Below are positions 37,707 to 48,107 of a stretch of DNA of 64,000 nt, piece after piece. The translations under genes were made by a program, and so were the position numbers. Each line of letters begins with the position of its first letter. Position 1 is the first letter of the stretch. The DNA comes from an uncultured Pseudomonadales bacterium (lineage in GTDB: Bacteria; Patescibacteriota; Microgenomatia; UBA1400; Chazhemtobacteraceae): positions 67,992 through 131,991 of the forward strand of contig CAZUBK010000002.1 of NCBI GenBank assembly GCA_964618725.1. The letters are read 5' to 3'. The notes beneath the pieces are model-generated. The model did not search any database. It saw only the letters and a list, made by a program, of their open reading frames with translations, and was not told the DNA's origin.

Positions 37707-38147
37707 TTAGAGACTAACAGTTCCACCAGCTTTCTCAATGGCTTTGGCGGCGGTCTCAGAGACGGAGAGTTTGACGATGAGAGCTTTGGTTAGTTCTCCT
37801 TGAGAAAGGATCTTGACACCGGTTTTCTTGGCAATTTTGGGAAGCTTTAAAGTAGTGACAATGGAGTCGAGATCAACAGTGGCCTTGTCGGCGAAGATGT
37901 TAAGGGCAGAGAGTTTGACGGTGAGGGGCTTGGTTTGAAGTGAGACGTTACGGAGCTTACCTTTAACAAAGGGAGTGCGACGGATAAGGGGGAGTTGTCC
38001 ACCTTCAAACCAGATGGGGGTAGAGTTGCGACTATTTTGACCTTTTTGTCCACGGCCCGAAGTATGCCCGCCCTTACCGGAGCCATAGCCGCGGCCAACG
38101 CGCTTTTTACTAGTAGTAGTGGTTTTGGGTAATTTGGCTAGAAACAT
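37707..38147 (-). CDS. rplO: 50S ribosomal protein L15
   Basis: RVGRGYGSGKG, FEGGQLPL. Confidence 0.98.
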   Translation of the reverse strand: MFLAKLPKTTTTSKKRVGRGYGSGKGGHTSGRGQKGQNSRNSTPIWFEGGQLPLIRRTPFVKGKLRNVSLQTKPLTVKLSALNIFADKATVDLDSIVTTLKLPKIAKKTGVKILSQGELTKALIVKLSVSETAAKAIEKAGGTVSL

Positions 38148-38174
38148 AAGTGTTTAGGTTAATCTTGATTTAAA

Positions 38175-38702
38175 TTATTTACTCTTTTCTTCTTTCTTTT
38201 GACCGAGGTTAAGAAGGGTTTGTTTTTGAGAGAGGATGTCAATTTCACGGAGGGCGTTAAGGGTAGCGAAGACGTTGGTCATTTTGTTGTTGTTCCCAAG
38301 GACCTTGGTAACGATATTCTTGACACCGGCGGCCTCAACGACGGCGCGGACGGAACCACCGGCGATAACTCCGGTACCTTCGGGGGCGGGTTTAAGCATG
38401 ACTCGGGCTGCACCGAATTTGAAAACGATGCGGTGGGGGATGGTGCCGTTCCTTAGAGGAACACTGGCCATATCACGACGAGCTAAACGGATACCTTTTT
38501 GAATAGCAGTGTTGACAGCCGGAGCTTTACCTAAGCCCACACCGACGTGGCCCTTTTTGTCACCGACGACAACGAGCGCGGTGAAGTTGATACTGTTGCC
38601 GCCCTTGGTCTTTTTGCTAACTCTTCTAATTTGAAGAACCTTTTCTTCATATTCTGAGGTAGGTTTTGGACCGCGGTTTTGATTTTGGTTCTGATTATAC
38701 AT
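38175..38702 (-). CDS. rpsE: 30S ribosomal protein S5
   Basis: RVSKKTKGG, PAPEGTGVIAGG. Confidence 0.98.
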   Translation of the reverse strand: MYNQNQNQNRGPKPTSEYEEKVLQIRRVSKKTKGGNSINFTALVVVGDKKGHVGVGLGKAPAVNTAIQKGIRLARRDMASVPLRNGTIPHRIVFKFGAARVMLKPAPEGTGVIAGGSVRAVVEAAGVKNIVTKVLGNNNKMTNVFATLNALREIDILSQKQTLLNLGQKKEEKSK

Positions 38703-38722
38703 GCGTTTTGTTTATTAAATTC

Positions 38723-39070
38723 TTAAATCTTAAGACCGGCTTTGTTTGCGGCTTCTGTAAAGGCCTTGATGCGACCACCAAAGCGGAATTGACCACGATC
38801 AAGAGTAGCCATTTTAATATTCTTCTCAAGAGCTTTTTGGGCCAGTTTCGTACCGAGGGCAATGCTTTTCTCGACTTTGGTCTTGCCTTCTTTGATAGTC
38901 ATGGTGTTAAGACCCATGATAGTTTTATGAGCGGCGTCGTCAATGAGTTGAACGGCGAGATGTTTATTGCTTCGATCGACACTAAGGCGAGGACGAGCGG
39001 CAATGCCGGTTATTTTGGCTCGAACTCGGCGAATGCGCTTGAGAGTAGAAGAGGCGTGGTGTTTTTTCAT
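38723..39070 (-). CDS. rplR: 50S ribosomal protein L18
   Basis: RPRLSV.RSNKH, DRG.F.F.GRI. Confidence 0.97.
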   Translation of the reverse strand: MKKHHASSTLKRIRRVRAKITGIAARPRLSVDRSNKHLAVQLIDDAAHKTIMGLNTMTIKEGKTKVEKSIALGTKLAQKALEKNIKMATLDRGQFRFGGRIKAFTEAANKAGLKI

Positions 39071-39097
39071 ATATTTGCTTACTTAAATCTAATTGCT

Positions 39098-39643
39098 TTA
39101 GGCACCGGCTTTGGCGGCCTTACCGGCTTTACGGCGGACGATTTCGCCTTCGTAGCGGATACCTTTACCTTTATAGGGTTCGGGTTTGCGAATCTTTCTA
39201 ATATTGGCGGCTGTTTGACCAACGAGATAATTATCGATGCCTTTGATGATTATCTTGTTGTTGCCTTCGACGTCCACGGTCACACCCTGTGGCGCGGCAA
39301 ACTCAACTGGATGAGAAAGACCAACAGAGATGGTGAGACCGCTACCTGACTTGGCAACACGATACCCAGTACCGACGAGTTCTAGACGCTTCTCAAAGCC
39401 TTTAGTGACGCCTTCAACCATATTAGCGACAAGAGCGCGAGTCAGGCCATGTAGGGCACGGTGAGCGGGCAGGTTACTCTTTCTTTTGAAGGTGAGAACA
39501 GAGTTGTCTTTGGTTATCTTAATAGAGTTATCGACAGTAAGATTCAGACTACCTAGAGGGCCAGCAATCACTAAATGAGAACCGTCAAATTGAAAGTTGA
39601 CTGAGTCGGGGAGAGTGATGGGGGCGTTACCAATTCGTGACAT
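39098..39643 (-). CDS. rplF: 50S ribosomal protein L6
   Basis: MSRIG, PEPYKGKGIRY. Confidence 0.98.
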   Translation of the reverse strand: MSRIGNAPITLPDSVNFQFDGSHLVIAGPLGSLNLTVDNSIKITKDNSVLTFKRKSNLPAHRALHGLTRALVANMVEGVTKGFEKRLELVGTGYRVAKSGSGLTISVGLSHPVEFAAPQGVTVDVEGNNKIIIKGIDNYLVGQTAANIRKIRKPEPYKGKGIRYEGEIVRRKAGKAAKAGA

Positions 39644-39671
39644 GGTGTTATTAAAGTTTGTTTAATTGTAA

Positions 39672-40058
39672 TTACCAAACGCGACAGATAATTTCGCCGC
39701 CTAAGGCGGCTTTCTTGGCTTGGCGATCGGTCATTAGACCCTTAGAAGTACTAAGGATAGTCAGGCCGCGACCGGAAAGAGTGGTAGGGATTTTGGATGA
39801 GCGAGTGTAGATGCGGACGGAAGGCTTTGAGACTCGAGAGATGTGACTTAGAATGGGCTCTGATCCTTGATAGACAAGACCAACCTTGAGAAATTTACTA
39901 GGGACAGTCCCTTCGACACTGACATCACCTAAGAAACCGGTCTGTTTGAGGAGAAGGGCAAGCTCTGCCTTAATCTTGGAGTGAGGAGAGGTAACTGTTT
40001 CATGTTTAGCTTTGTAAGCGTTACGAATTTGAGTGAGGAAGTCGGCGATTGGATCCAT
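39672..40058 (-). CDS. rpsH: 30S ribosomal protein S8
   Basis: DPIADFLT.IRNA, STSKG, GGEI. Confidence 0.98.
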   Translation of the reverse strand: MDPIADFLTQIRNAYKAKHETVTSPHSKIKAELALLLKQTGFLGDVSVEGTVPSKFLKVGLVYQGSEPILSHISRVSKPSVRIYTRSSKIPTTLSGRGLTILSTSKGLMTDRQAKKAALGGEIICRVW

Positions 40059-40087
40059 ATGTTTTAAATATCTATTGAGTTTTGTAA

Positions 40088-40279
40088 TTATTTAGAAGCC
40101 TTGACGACTCCGGGGATCTGACCCTTGTGGGCGAGTTCGCGGAAGCAGAGACGACAAAGACCAAATTGGCGAATGTAACCTCTGGGTCGACCGCAGATTT
40201 GACAACGGTTGATAGCCTTGGTCGGATGACCGAAGAGTTTTTCTTTTTGGTTTTTTACGATTTTTGATTGTTTAGCCAT
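40088..40279 (-). CDS. rpsN: 30S ribosomal protein S14 (Zn type)
   Basis: [16 protein letters not shown]. Confidence 0.97.
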   Translation of the reverse strand: MAKQSKIVKNQKEKLFGHPTKAINRCQICGRPRGYIRQFGLCRLCFRELAHKGQIPGVVKASK

Positions 40280-40283
40280 TGTT

Positions 40284-40835
40284 TTATTTAGCCTCTTGCT
40301 TTGCGAAGGGCATTCCTAGAGCGACAAGTAATTCTTTGGATGACTTGGGATCTTTGGCAGAAGTAGTAATAGTTACTTCTAGGCCCTGAATCTTACCAAT
40401 TTTATCATATTCTACCTCGGGAAAGAGAAGCTGCTCAGAAAGACCTAAAGTATAATTACCGTGCTGATCAAAAGCAGTGGTTTTGATACCCTGAAAGTCT
40501 TTGGTGCGAGGAAGAACAATGTTGATGAGTTTTTGCAAGAAACTGTACATTCGATCACCTCTGAGGGTGACGGCAAGACCAACAACATCACCTTGACGGA
40601 GAGTAAAGGCGGCAATGGAGGTTCTGGCTTTGGTTAGTTTAGGAGCCTGTCCAGTGATCTGGGAAAGCCATTCTTTGGTCTTAGTAACCAATTCGGGATT
40701 GCTTTTGAATTCGCCGGAACTAGTGTTGACAGTGATCTTAACTAGGCGAGGAACAGCCATAGTATTATCGATGTTTAGTTCTTTTTTGAGTTTAGGGGTG
40801 ATTACTTCTTGGTAGGTTTGTCTTAGAGAGTTCAT
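40284..40835 (-). CDS. rplE: 50S ribosomal protein L5
   Basis: ITGQ.P, VTLRG..MY, GNYTLG, FPE. Confidence 0.97.
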   Translation of the reverse strand: MNSLRQTYQEVITPKLKKELNIDNTMAVPRLVKITVNTSSGEFKSNPELVTKTKEWLSQITGQAPKLTKARTSIAAFTLRQGDVVGLAVTLRGDRMYSFLQKLINIVLPRTKDFQGIKTTAFDQHGNYTLGLSEQLLFPEVEYDKIGKIQGLEVTITTSAKDPKSSKELLVALGMPFAKQEAK

Positions 40836-40852
40836 GTGTAGTTATAAGTAAA

Positions 40853-41194
40853 TTATTTTTTCTTCCTAGTTTCAGTGGCGGCTTCAACAGAAATGATAGG
40901 TTTGGAACATTTTTTACAGACGCGGACTTTGTCCTTGCCGGTGCCCTCGAAGCCCACCCGAGTGGGCTTTTTACAATGAGGACAGACCAACATCAACTTA
41001 CTTGCATCAATTGGGCGGGAGAGGGTGACAACGCCACCCTCCTGTTTACCTTGAGTCTTGAGGTGCTTCTTGTAGGTGTTGATGCCATCAATGAGGACTT
41101 TGTTGTTGCCAGAAATGATCTTGATGATCTTGCCTTCACGGCCTGCGTCGTCGCCGGAAAGGACAGTGACAGTGTCGTTAATTTTGAGTTTCAT
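40853..41194 (-). CDS. rplX: 50S ribosomal protein L24; start MKLKIND
   Basis: KOW motif, CPHC..CKKC. Confidence 0.96.
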   Translation of the reverse strand: MKLKINDTVTVLSGDDAGREGKIIKIISGNNKVLIDGINTYKKHLKTQGKQEGGVVTLSRPIDASKLMLVCPHCKKPTRVGFEGTGKDKVRVCKKCSKPIISVEAATETRKKK

Positions 41195-41225
41195 AATTGT
41201 TTTATCTTGCTTAGTTATTAATAGA

Positions 41226-41600
41226 TTAGAGAACCTCGGGAGCGAGTGAGGCGATTTTAGTGAAGCCGGCGTCTTTGATTTCGCGGGCAATGGGACCAAA
41301 GATGCGGGTACCTAGGGGATTCTTGGCGGTGGCATTGTCGATAACAACAGCGGCGTTTTCATCAAAACGAATGTAGGTGCCGTCAGAACGACCATGTTCT
41401 TTGGTAACTCTGACAATAACGGCTTTGACTACTTGACCTTTCTTGACGGCACTATGGGGATCGGCGGCCATAATTGAAGCGGTAATGATATCACCTAGAT
41501 AGCCGAAGCGCCTCTTTGAACCACCGTGAACGTGCATGACCCGAAGCCTTTTGGCACCTGAGTTGTCGGCTAGTTTGAGTATGCTTCTAAGTTGGATCAT
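41226..41600 (-). CDS. rplN: 50S ribosomal protein L14
   Basis: ADNSGAK, GTRIFGP, SLAPEVL. Confidence 0.98.
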   Translation of the reverse strand: MIQLRSILKLADNSGAKRLRVMHVHGGSKRRFGYLGDIITASIMAADPHSAVKKGQVVKAVIVRVTKEHGRSDGTYIRFDENAAVVIDNATAKNPLGTRIFGPIAREIKDAGFTKIASLAPEVL

Positions 41601-41603
41601 GGT

Positions 41604-41831
41604 TTATTTAACGATTTTGGTAATGATAAAACGCTTGAGACGGCTTAAGGGTCGTGACTGCGCAATCACGACCTTATCCCCGACTTTAGCTTGTAGCTCG
41701 TTATGGACGTGAAAACGTTTGCTTTTTTTAATGCGTTTTTTGTAGATGGGGTGTTGCCAAAGAGTACTGACGGTAACGACGACCGTTTTGTTCATTTTGT
41801 CTTTGGTGACGATACCTTTTAATGTTTTCAT
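41604..41831 (-). CDS. rpsQ: 30S ribosomal protein S17
   Basis: KM.KTVVV, HPIYKK, RPLS. Confidence 0.97.
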   Translation of the reverse strand: MKTLKGIVTKDKMNKTVVVTVSTLWQHPIYKKRIKKSKRFHVHNELQAKVGDKVVIAQSRPLSRLKRFIITKIVK

Positions 41832-41833
41832 AT

Positions 41834-41995
41834 TTATTTGGTTTGTCTGGTTATTAATTGAGCGATTTGCTTTTTGAGCCGCTTGTGGGCATTGGTGTTT
41901 TTCTCGATACCGGCTTTGATTTTGAGTTTAATTCCAACGACTTGGACTTTTAGGTCTTGAACGCTGATAGTGGGGTTGTCTTTTTTAGTAGTCAT
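41834..41995 (-). CDS. rpmC: 50S ribosomal protein L29, short and divergent (53 aa)
   Basis: Hand translation MTTKKDNPTISVQDLKVQVVGIKLKIKAGIEKNTNAHKRLKKQIAQLITRQTK; syntenic between rplP and rpsQ. Confidence 0.85.
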   Translation of the reverse strand: MTTKKDNPTISVQDLKVQVVGIKLKIKAGIEKNTNAHKRLKKQIAQLITRQTK

Positions 41996-42403
41996 TTAGT
42001 TTCTTTCAACAAATTTAGTTTTAACTGAGAACTTGTGTCCGGCCATGTTGAGGGCTTGGAGAGCCATCTCTTTAGTAACACCGGCGACCTCGATGAGCAT
42101 GGCACCGGGACGGATAACGGCGACGTATCCTTCAATATCGCCTTTTCCTGAACCCATACGAGCACCAGCGGCTCTTTTGGTATAGGGTTTATGAGGGAAG
42201 ATGCGAATGAAAGTTTTACCAATACGTTTGGTGTGGTGACTGACAGTGCGACGGGCGGCCTCGATTTGTCGGGACTCAATCCAACCGCCTTCGAGAGCCT
42301 TAAGGCCAAATTCGCCAAAAGAGACTTTGCTACCACGGACGGCAGGACCCTTGACGGTGCCACGGAATTCTTTGCGGAATTTTCTCTTTCTTGGCTGTAG
42401 CAT
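41996..42403 (-). CDS. rplP: 50S ribosomal protein L16
   Basis: QIEAARR, RMGSGKG. Confidence 0.98.
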   Translation of the reverse strand: MLQPRKRKFRKEFRGTVKGPAVRGSKVSFGEFGLKALEGGWIESRQIEAARRTVSHHTKRIGKTFIRIFPHKPYTKRAAGARMGSGKGDIEGYVAVIRPGAMLIEVAGVTKEMALQALNMAGHKFSVKTKFVERN

Positions 42404-42424
42404 ACGTGTTTGTTAATTAGTTTT

Positions 42425-43078
42425 TTATTTAATTGGTTTTTCGCCTTTGTAGATCCAGACTTTGACACTGACGTAACCCGAGCGAGTGAGTGAGGGGACT
42501 TGGGCATAGTCAATGTCGGCTCTTAAGGTTGAAGCGGGGACCTGACCTTGCTTGTATTTTTCATTACGAGCAATCTCAGCACCACCGATACGTCCGGCAA
42601 AGACGATTTTGATGCCTTTGGCACCGGCAGACATAACGCGTTCAATAGCTTGGTCTTTGGCGCGACGGTGAGGATAACGCTTGGCGAGTTGTTGCGAGAT
42701 GGTCTCAGCGACGAGTTTAGCAGATAGATCGGGGGCCTTGACTTCAATGGGATGCAAATTAATAGTCAGCGGTGTCTTTTTATTCTTGCTTTGGAGCAAA
42801 CGACTCAGATCTTTTTTAAGAAGCTCAATATTAGCTCCACCTCGACCGATGACGACACCCGGACGAGAGACGTGGAGATAGATATCGATAGCGTTAATTG
42901 AACGCTTAATCTGGATATCGGTTAGGCCGGCTAATTCGAGACGTTTAGTTAAGAATTTACGGATCCGATGATCCTGACCAACAAGGAAAGGAAATTGCTG
43001 TTTGGTGGCATACCAGAGAGACTTCCAGTCGTAGAGGATGCCGGTGCGAAAGCCTAGTGGATTAACTTTTTGTCCCAT
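42425..43078 (-). CDS. rpsC: 30S ribosomal protein S3
   Basis: MGQKVNP.GFR, RPGVVIG, TLRADIDY. Confidence 0.98.
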   Translation of the reverse strand: MGQKVNPLGFRTGILYDWKSLWYATKQQFPFLVGQDHRIRKFLTKRLELAGLTDIQIKRSINAIDIYLHVSRPGVVIGRGGANIELLKKDLSRLLQSKNKKTPLTINLHPIEVKAPDLSAKLVAETISQQLAKRYPHRRAKDQAIERVMSAGAKGIKIVFAGRIGGAEIARNEKYKQGQVPASTLRADIDYAQVPSLTRSGYVSVKVWIYKGEKPIK

Positions 43079-43091
43079 ATTGGTTTGTCAG

Positions 43092-43544
43092 TTACTTGAC
43101 AGTAGTTTTAATTGTTGATTTAACAGCTTTTTTAATTTTTAGAGCGGCCTTTGATGTGGTCTTATCGATTGCCTCGATCCTTTTGGGCGTAAGAGACTTG
43201 GTCTCTTTTGCTTCCTTGGTAATTAGCTCAACGGTTATGTGAGAGCGAGTTTTTTCGTAGGGCTTGAAACGACCCTTGGGTCCAGGGCGACCACGGCGGT
43301 AGGAAAGGGCCTTGCCGATGAAGATGGTGTGGAACTTAAGATCGTTTTCACTTAATTTGAAATTATTAGTAGCATTGGCAATAGCTTGCTTAATGGTCTT
43401 AAGGAGGGGCGTGCCACCTGAGTAGTTAAGGTAGTTTAGTTGCGTAACCGCCTCACCAGGCTTAAGGTGTTTGACTGACTCCGCCAGAAGTTGAAGCTTC
43501 CGAGGGGTGACAGTGACATTTCTGTTTTTGGCAACAACGATCAT
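43092..43544 (-). CDS. rplV: 50S ribosomal protein L22 with Lys/Thr-rich tail
   Basis: PRKL, AIANA.NN, SHITV. Confidence 0.96.
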   Translation of the reverse strand: MIVVAKNRNVTVTPRKLQLLAESVKHLKPGEAVTQLNYLNYSGGTPLLKTIKQAIANATNNFKLSENDLKFHTIFIGKALSYRRGRPGPKGRFKPYEKTRSHITVELITKEAKETKSLTPKRIEAIDKTTSKAALKIKKAVKSTIKTTVK

Positions 43545-43553
43545 AATTATTTT

Positions 43554-43838
43554 TTAGGTTTTACTAATAACACGCTTGGTCATCTTACCGTGACCGTGGA
43601 AGGTTCTCGTTGGCGAGAACTCTCCTAAGCGGTGGCCAACCATAGCTTCGGAAACAAAGACTTCTTTGAAGAGTTTGCCATTGTGAACAAGAAAAGTTGA
43701 CCCAACAAATTCTGGAGGGATCTGGCAGGCCCGACTCCAAGTTTTGATTGGTTCTTTTCGACCAGATTGTTTTTGATTAAGAACTTTTTTGACGAGTTTT
43801 TCATCTAAGAAAGGTCCTTTTTTACTGCTTCTAGCCAT
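43554..43838 (-). CDS. rpsS: 30S ribosomal protein S19
   Basis: [16 protein letters not shown]. Confidence 0.98.
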   Translation of the reverse strand: MARSSKKGPFLDEKLVKKVLNQKQSGRKEPIKTWSRACQIPPEFVGSTFLVHNGKLFKEVFVSEAMVGHRLGEFSPTRTFHGHGKMTKRVISKT

Positions 43839-43839
43839 A

Positions 43840-44673
43840 TTATTTCTTGCGACGATCTTTGATTATTAACTGATTAGAGTATTTCTTTTTGGAGCGGGTC
43901 TTTTTGCCCAAGGCCTTTTTGCCCCAAGGGGTCTTAGGAGCCTTCATACCAATACCAGAGCGACCTTCTCCTCCACCGTGGGGGTGGGAATCGGGATGCT
44001 GGGCAACACCACGGACAGTGGGACGAATACCCATATGGCGCTTGCGACCGGCTTTACCGAGCTTCATATTCTTGTGTTCGACGTTACTTAGCTGGCCAAC
44101 TGTGGCCATATTAATAGCTTTGAGGCGGCGGATTTCCCCAGAGGGAAGCTTAATGCTAACAAGACTACCTTCTTTATCTTGAATGTAGGCAGAAGTTCCG
44201 GCAGAACGAACTATTTGACCGCCTTTACCACTGGTTAACTCAATATTATGGAGGGGAGTACCAATGGGGATTTTACCTAGGGGAAGGCAGTTACCGACTT
44301 GGATTTCATCACTTTCCAGAGAAGAAATGACTTTTTGGCCAATCTGGAGGCCGGTCGGCGCTAGAATGTAGCTTTTTTGACCAGTGGGGTAGTGAATAAG
44401 GGCAATGTTGGTAGAGCGATTGGGATCGTATTCGATGCTGACAACTTGTCCTGGAAGCTCACGGATTTGACGTTTGAAATCTATAAGTCTTAGAAAGCGC
44501 TTTTGACGACCACCACGATGACGCACGGTAATTTTACCAGAATTGTTGCGTCCTGAAAACTTTTTACTGAGACGACGGAGAGATTTGGGGGGTCTTCCCG
44601 TAGAAAGACTCCTCTTCATCGGAGTTTTGTGACGGGTGCCGGGGGTAGTGGGTTTAACGGTTGGTCTTGCCAT
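43840..44673 (-). CDS. rplB: 50S ribosomal protein L2
   Basis: [22 protein letters not shown]. Confidence 0.98.
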   Translation of the reverse strand: MARPTVKPTTPGTRHKTPMKRSLSTGRPPKSLRRLSKKFSGRNNSGKITVRHRGGRQKRFLRLIDFKRQIRELPGQVVSIEYDPNRSTNIALIHYPTGQKSYILAPTGLQIGQKVISSLESDEIQVGNCLPLGKIPIGTPLHNIELTSGKGGQIVRSAGTSAYIQDKEGSLVSIKLPSGEIRRLKAINMATVGQLSNVEHKNMKLGKAGRKRHMGIRPTVRGVAQHPDSHPHGGGEGRSGIGMKAPKTPWGKKALGKKTRSKKKYSNQLIIKDRRKK

Positions 44674-44688
44674 GGTGATACTTCTTTG

Positions 44689-44961
44689 CTATTTAGTTTG
44701 GAAAAGCGGAATAGTTTGCTTTTCGTTTAATTGGATAATCATTTTTTTGTAGGGTTTAATGGTCTTTCGACGTCCGGTGCGGCCCGATCGGGAAGAGGTG
44801 GCCTTGGACCTAATAGCGGCGACTTTGATGACATTGACTTTGTAAAGCTTTTCGATCAGCTCTTTCACCTGAGTCTTACTACTATCGAGTTCCACTAAGA
44901 AAGTGTAACGATTTTGATCGTTTTTGAGGGACTTCTCAGTGATATATGGCTTTATGATCAT
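44689..44961 (-). CDS. rplW: 50S ribosomal protein L23
   Basis: P.ITEKS, Y.F.V, YKK. Confidence 0.96.
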   Translation of the reverse strand: MIIKPYITEKSLKNDQNRYTFLVELDSSKTQVKELIEKLYKVNVIKVAAIRSKATSSRSGRTGRRKTIKPYKKMIIQLNEKQTIPLFQTK

Positions 44962-44970
44962 ATGATTTAT

Positions 44971-45711
44971 TTAGTTACTTTTTGGCAACTTTGGTAGGCG
45001 GGCGGTTTTTGCCTTAATAGTTTTGGTTGTCTTTGTTTTAGAGGTAACAGTCTTGGTCACTATGTTAGAAGAGGTCTTCTTGGGAAGTAGCCAGGTTTCG
45101 AGGAGAGAGAGGGCATCTTGATCGATGAGGATCTGGCGAGCACGGAGTAGTTGAAGAGTGTTGGTTTGTTGATAGTTGACAGTGGTAAGACTGTGTAGAT
45201 TTGAAGAGGCTTTGAGAAGATTTGGATGGGTTTTGCCGATGAGTAAGAGAACTGATTTGTTGGGGGACTTAATAGTCTGAAGAAGTTTACTCACATCAGA
45301 AGTCTTGGCTTTGATTTGATCTAGGCCGCTAACTATGGAGATAACTTGGTCATTGGCTCGATTGGAGAGAGCGCCAATAATACTAAGGCGACGCATTTTG
45401 ACGGGGAGGGTTCTAACGGCAGGACGGGCACCAGTGGGACCATGAGCGACACCACCACCAACGAAGATGTGAGCTGACTTAGCACCATGGCGGGCACGAC
45501 CAGTGCCTTTCTGACGGAACCATTTAGCGGTGGTAAGAGCAACCTCGCCTCGAGTCTTGACTTTGTGGGTGTGTTGATGAAGTCGGTCTTGATACATTGA
45601 GGCAGCTTGAGCCAAGAGAGCGGGGCTTATTTTGACGGCAAAGATAGCCTCGTTGACGGTGAGATCAGTGAGTTTTTTACCAGTATGGTCGTAGTGAGAC
45701 AGTTTAGTCAT
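44971..45711 (-). CDS. rplD: 50S ribosomal protein L4 with Lys/Thr-rich tail
   Basis: KTRGEV, RQKGTGRARHG, GGGVAHGP. Confidence 0.97.
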   Translation of the reverse strand: MTKLSHYDHTGKKLTDLTVNEAIFAVKISPALLAQAASMYQDRLHQHTHKVKTRGEVALTTAKWFRQKGTGRARHGAKSAHIFVGGGVAHGPTGARPAVRTLPVKMRRLSIIGALSNRANDQVISIVSGLDQIKAKTSDVSKLLQTIKSPNKSVLLLIGKTHPNLLKASSNLHSLTTVNYQQTNTLQLLRARQILIDQDALSLLETWLLPKKTSSNIVTKTVTSKTKTTKTIKAKTARLPKLPKSN

Positions 45712-45713
45712 GT

Positions 45714-46418
45714 TTATAGATTTTCTGATTCAGGAGTGGCAGCTTCAGTTGGTTCCTCAACTCCTACCTCTTTAATAACGGGATTAGGATTTTTTTTGGC
45801 AATTGTAAGGCGAACTAGACCACCTATTGCCCCGGGAATTAGGCCTTTGAGGGTGACTAGATTACTGCCTTCGTCAAGATGGAGAACTTTGAGTCCCAAA
45901 ATACTGACCGTATCAGAACCCATTCTTCCAGCCATTTTTTTGCCTTTGACGACGCGACCGGGAGTAGTACCCCGACCAATAGATCCAGGAGCGCGGGCGC
46001 GGTCTGACTGTCCGTGAGTCCTGGGTCCACCATGAAAACCATGACGTTTCATCACTCCAGCAAAGCCTTTACCCTTACTGGTTGCTGTAGCCTTGACAGT
46101 GTCTCCTTCACCGAGAACGTCTGTAAAAGAAAGAGTAGTTGCTATGGGTAGTTCGGAAGGTGAAGCCAGAGTAATTTCTTTGACGAAACGAGGACGTTTC
46201 TCCAGGCCGGCAGCTTTAAGAGTCTTGAGTTGAGGCTTACTTGGTTTGAGATTCTTTTGGCCAATAGCAATCTGAAGGGCATTGTATTTGTCCTTTTCTG
46301 CGGTACGGATGCCGATGACTGTTTGTTTAGGAATAGAGAGAACAGTGACAGGGATCCGTTTACCGTTCACAAATTCTTGTGATGTTTTGTGTTTGGTAGT
46401 AAATATCTGATTTATCAT
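45714..46418 (-). CDS. rplC: 50S ribosomal protein L3
   Basis: SKGKGFAG, RAPGSIG, KKMAGRMG. Confidence 0.98.
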   Translation of the reverse strand: MINQIFTTKHKTSQEFVNGKRIPVTVLSIPKQTVIGIRTAEKDKYNALQIAIGQKNLKPSKPQLKTLKAAGLEKRPRFVKEITLASPSELPIATTLSFTDVLGEGDTVKATATSKGKGFAGVMKRHGFHGGPRTHGQSDRARAPGSIGRGTTPGRVVKGKKMAGRMGSDTVSILGLKVLHLDEGSNLVTLKGLIPGAIGGLVRLTIAKKNPNPVIKEVGVEEPTEAATPESENL

Positions 46419-46528
46419 TTTTTTGACCTTAAAAAACCCTCGCTACACGGGGGGTCATCCGTATGAGCGTTATTTAATCCCTAATGGGACAAGTTAACTG
46501 TCATATTGTTTTGGGCAGAAGGGATCAA

Positions 46529-46840
46529 TTACATTTTGATTTCAATCCCGACGCCAGCAGGTAACTCAAGATGCATAAGTGAATCGATCGTCTTGTTGGT
46601 TGGAGAGACGATATCGATCAAACGCTTGTGAGTGAGGATCTCGAAGTGCTCACGAGCATTTTTGTCGGTATGCGGACTGGTATTGACTGTGATTTCTTTG
46701 TGCTTGGTGGGCAGGGGCACTGGGCCGACAACTTTAGCACCGGTGGCTAGAGCAGCTTGAAGAATCTTACTGCTGGCTTCGTCGATGACGCGATGGTCAA
46801 AGGACTTGAGTCGGACGCGGATGCGGGGTTGGTCGGCCAT
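46529..46840 (-). CDS. rpsJ: 30S ribosomal protein S10
   Basis: [23 protein letters not shown]. Confidence 0.98.
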   Translation of the reverse strand: MADQPRIRVRLKSFDHRVIDEASSKILQAALATGAKVVGPVPLPTKHKEITVNTSPHTDKNAREHFEILTHKRLIDIVSPTNKTIDSLMHLELPAGVGIEIKM

Positions 46841-46860
46841 ATGAGTTAATTTACGCGCTA

Positions 46861-48036
46861 TTACTTAATGATTTTGGTAATAACACCAGCACCGACGGTC
46901 TTGCCACCTTCGCGAATAGCGAAGCGGAGACTGTCTTCCATGGCGACAGGTTGAATTAATTTAACCGTCATTTTGGTGCTGTCCCCAGGCATGACCATTT
47001 CAATGCCAGCAGGAAGAGTGACTTCACCGGTAACGTCAGTGGTACGAATGTAGAATTGGGGCTTGTAGCCGGTGAACATAGGAGTGTGACGACCACCTTC
47101 ATCTTTGCTTAAGATGTAGGCTTCGGCTTCAAACTGCGTATGCGGGGTAACGGAACCGGTCTTGGCAAGAACTTGACCCCTTTGAACATCGGCTTTCTCA
47201 ACGCCGCGGAGGAGAACTCCGGCATTGTCTCCAGCTTGAGCCTGGTCGAGTTGCTTGTGGAACATTTCGACACCGGTGATGACAGATTTCTTGGTGTCAA
47301 CTAAACCGATAATTTCGATTTCGTCACCGACTTTGGCAACACCTCGCTCAACTCGGCCAGTAACAACAGTACCACGGCCTTTGATGCTGAAAACGTCTTC
47401 AACAGGCATAAGGAAGGGTTTGTCGAGGTCTCTAACTGGAGTTGGAATCCAAGTGTCGACGGCGTCCATAAGCTTCATAATGCCTTCCTGAGCCGCTGCG
47501 TCACCTTCAAGGGCTTTGAGGGCGGAAATACGGATGATAGGAGTATCCTCTTCGTATTCGTATTTCTTGAGCAATTCCTTGACTTCCATTTCGACGAGCT
47601 CGAGAAGCTCGGGATCGGAAACGGCGTCAACTTTGTTTAGGGCAATGACTAGCTTTGGGACATTAACCTGTTTGGCCAAAAGAAGGTGTTCTTTAGTTTG
47701 GGGCATCGGACCATCGGTAGCGGCGATAACTAAGATAGCGCCGTCCATCTGAGCAGCACCGGTAATCATGTTTTTGATGTAGTCGGCGTGTCCAGGAGCG
47801 TCGATGTGGGCGTAGTGACGATTGGCGGTTTGATATTCGACGTGAGAGATGTTAATGGTGACTCCACGCTGTCTCTCTTCAGGAGAGTTATCGATTTCGT
47901 CAAACTTTTTAGCTTCGGCGAGACCTTTTGTAGCGAGAGTTGTAGTGATAGCGGCGGTAAGGGTGGTTTTACCGTGGTCGACGTGACCAATGGTGCCGAT
48001 GTTAACGTGAGGCTTAGAACGATCAAATGTTGCCAT
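46861..48036 (-). CDS. tuf: elongation factor Tu
   Basis: [19 protein letters not shown]. Confidence 0.99.
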   Translation of the reverse strand: MATFDRSKPHVNIGTIGHVDHGKTTLTAAITTTLATKGLAEAKKFDEIDNSPEERQRGVTINISHVEYQTANRHYAHIDAPGHADYIKNMITGAAQMDGAILVIAATDGPMPQTKEHLLLAKQVNVPKLVIALNKVDAVSDPELLELVEMEVKELLKKYEYEEDTPIIRISALKALEGDAAAQEGIMKLMDAVDTWIPTPVRDLDKPFLMPVEDVFSIKGRGTVVTGRVERGVAKVGDEIEIIGLVDTKKSVITGVEMFHKQLDQAQAGDNAGVLLRGVEKADVQRGQVLAKTGSVTPHTQFEAEAYILSKDEGGRHTPMFTGYKPQFYIRTTDVTGEVTLPAGIEMVMPGDSTKMTVKLIQPVAMEDSLRFAIREGGKTVGAGVITKIIK

Positions 48037-48107
48037 ATGGGTTGTAAAAATAATTTGTATTAATTTCTAACTAATGTTTAGAATTCAAAGATTAATTGTA
48101 CCAAAGA

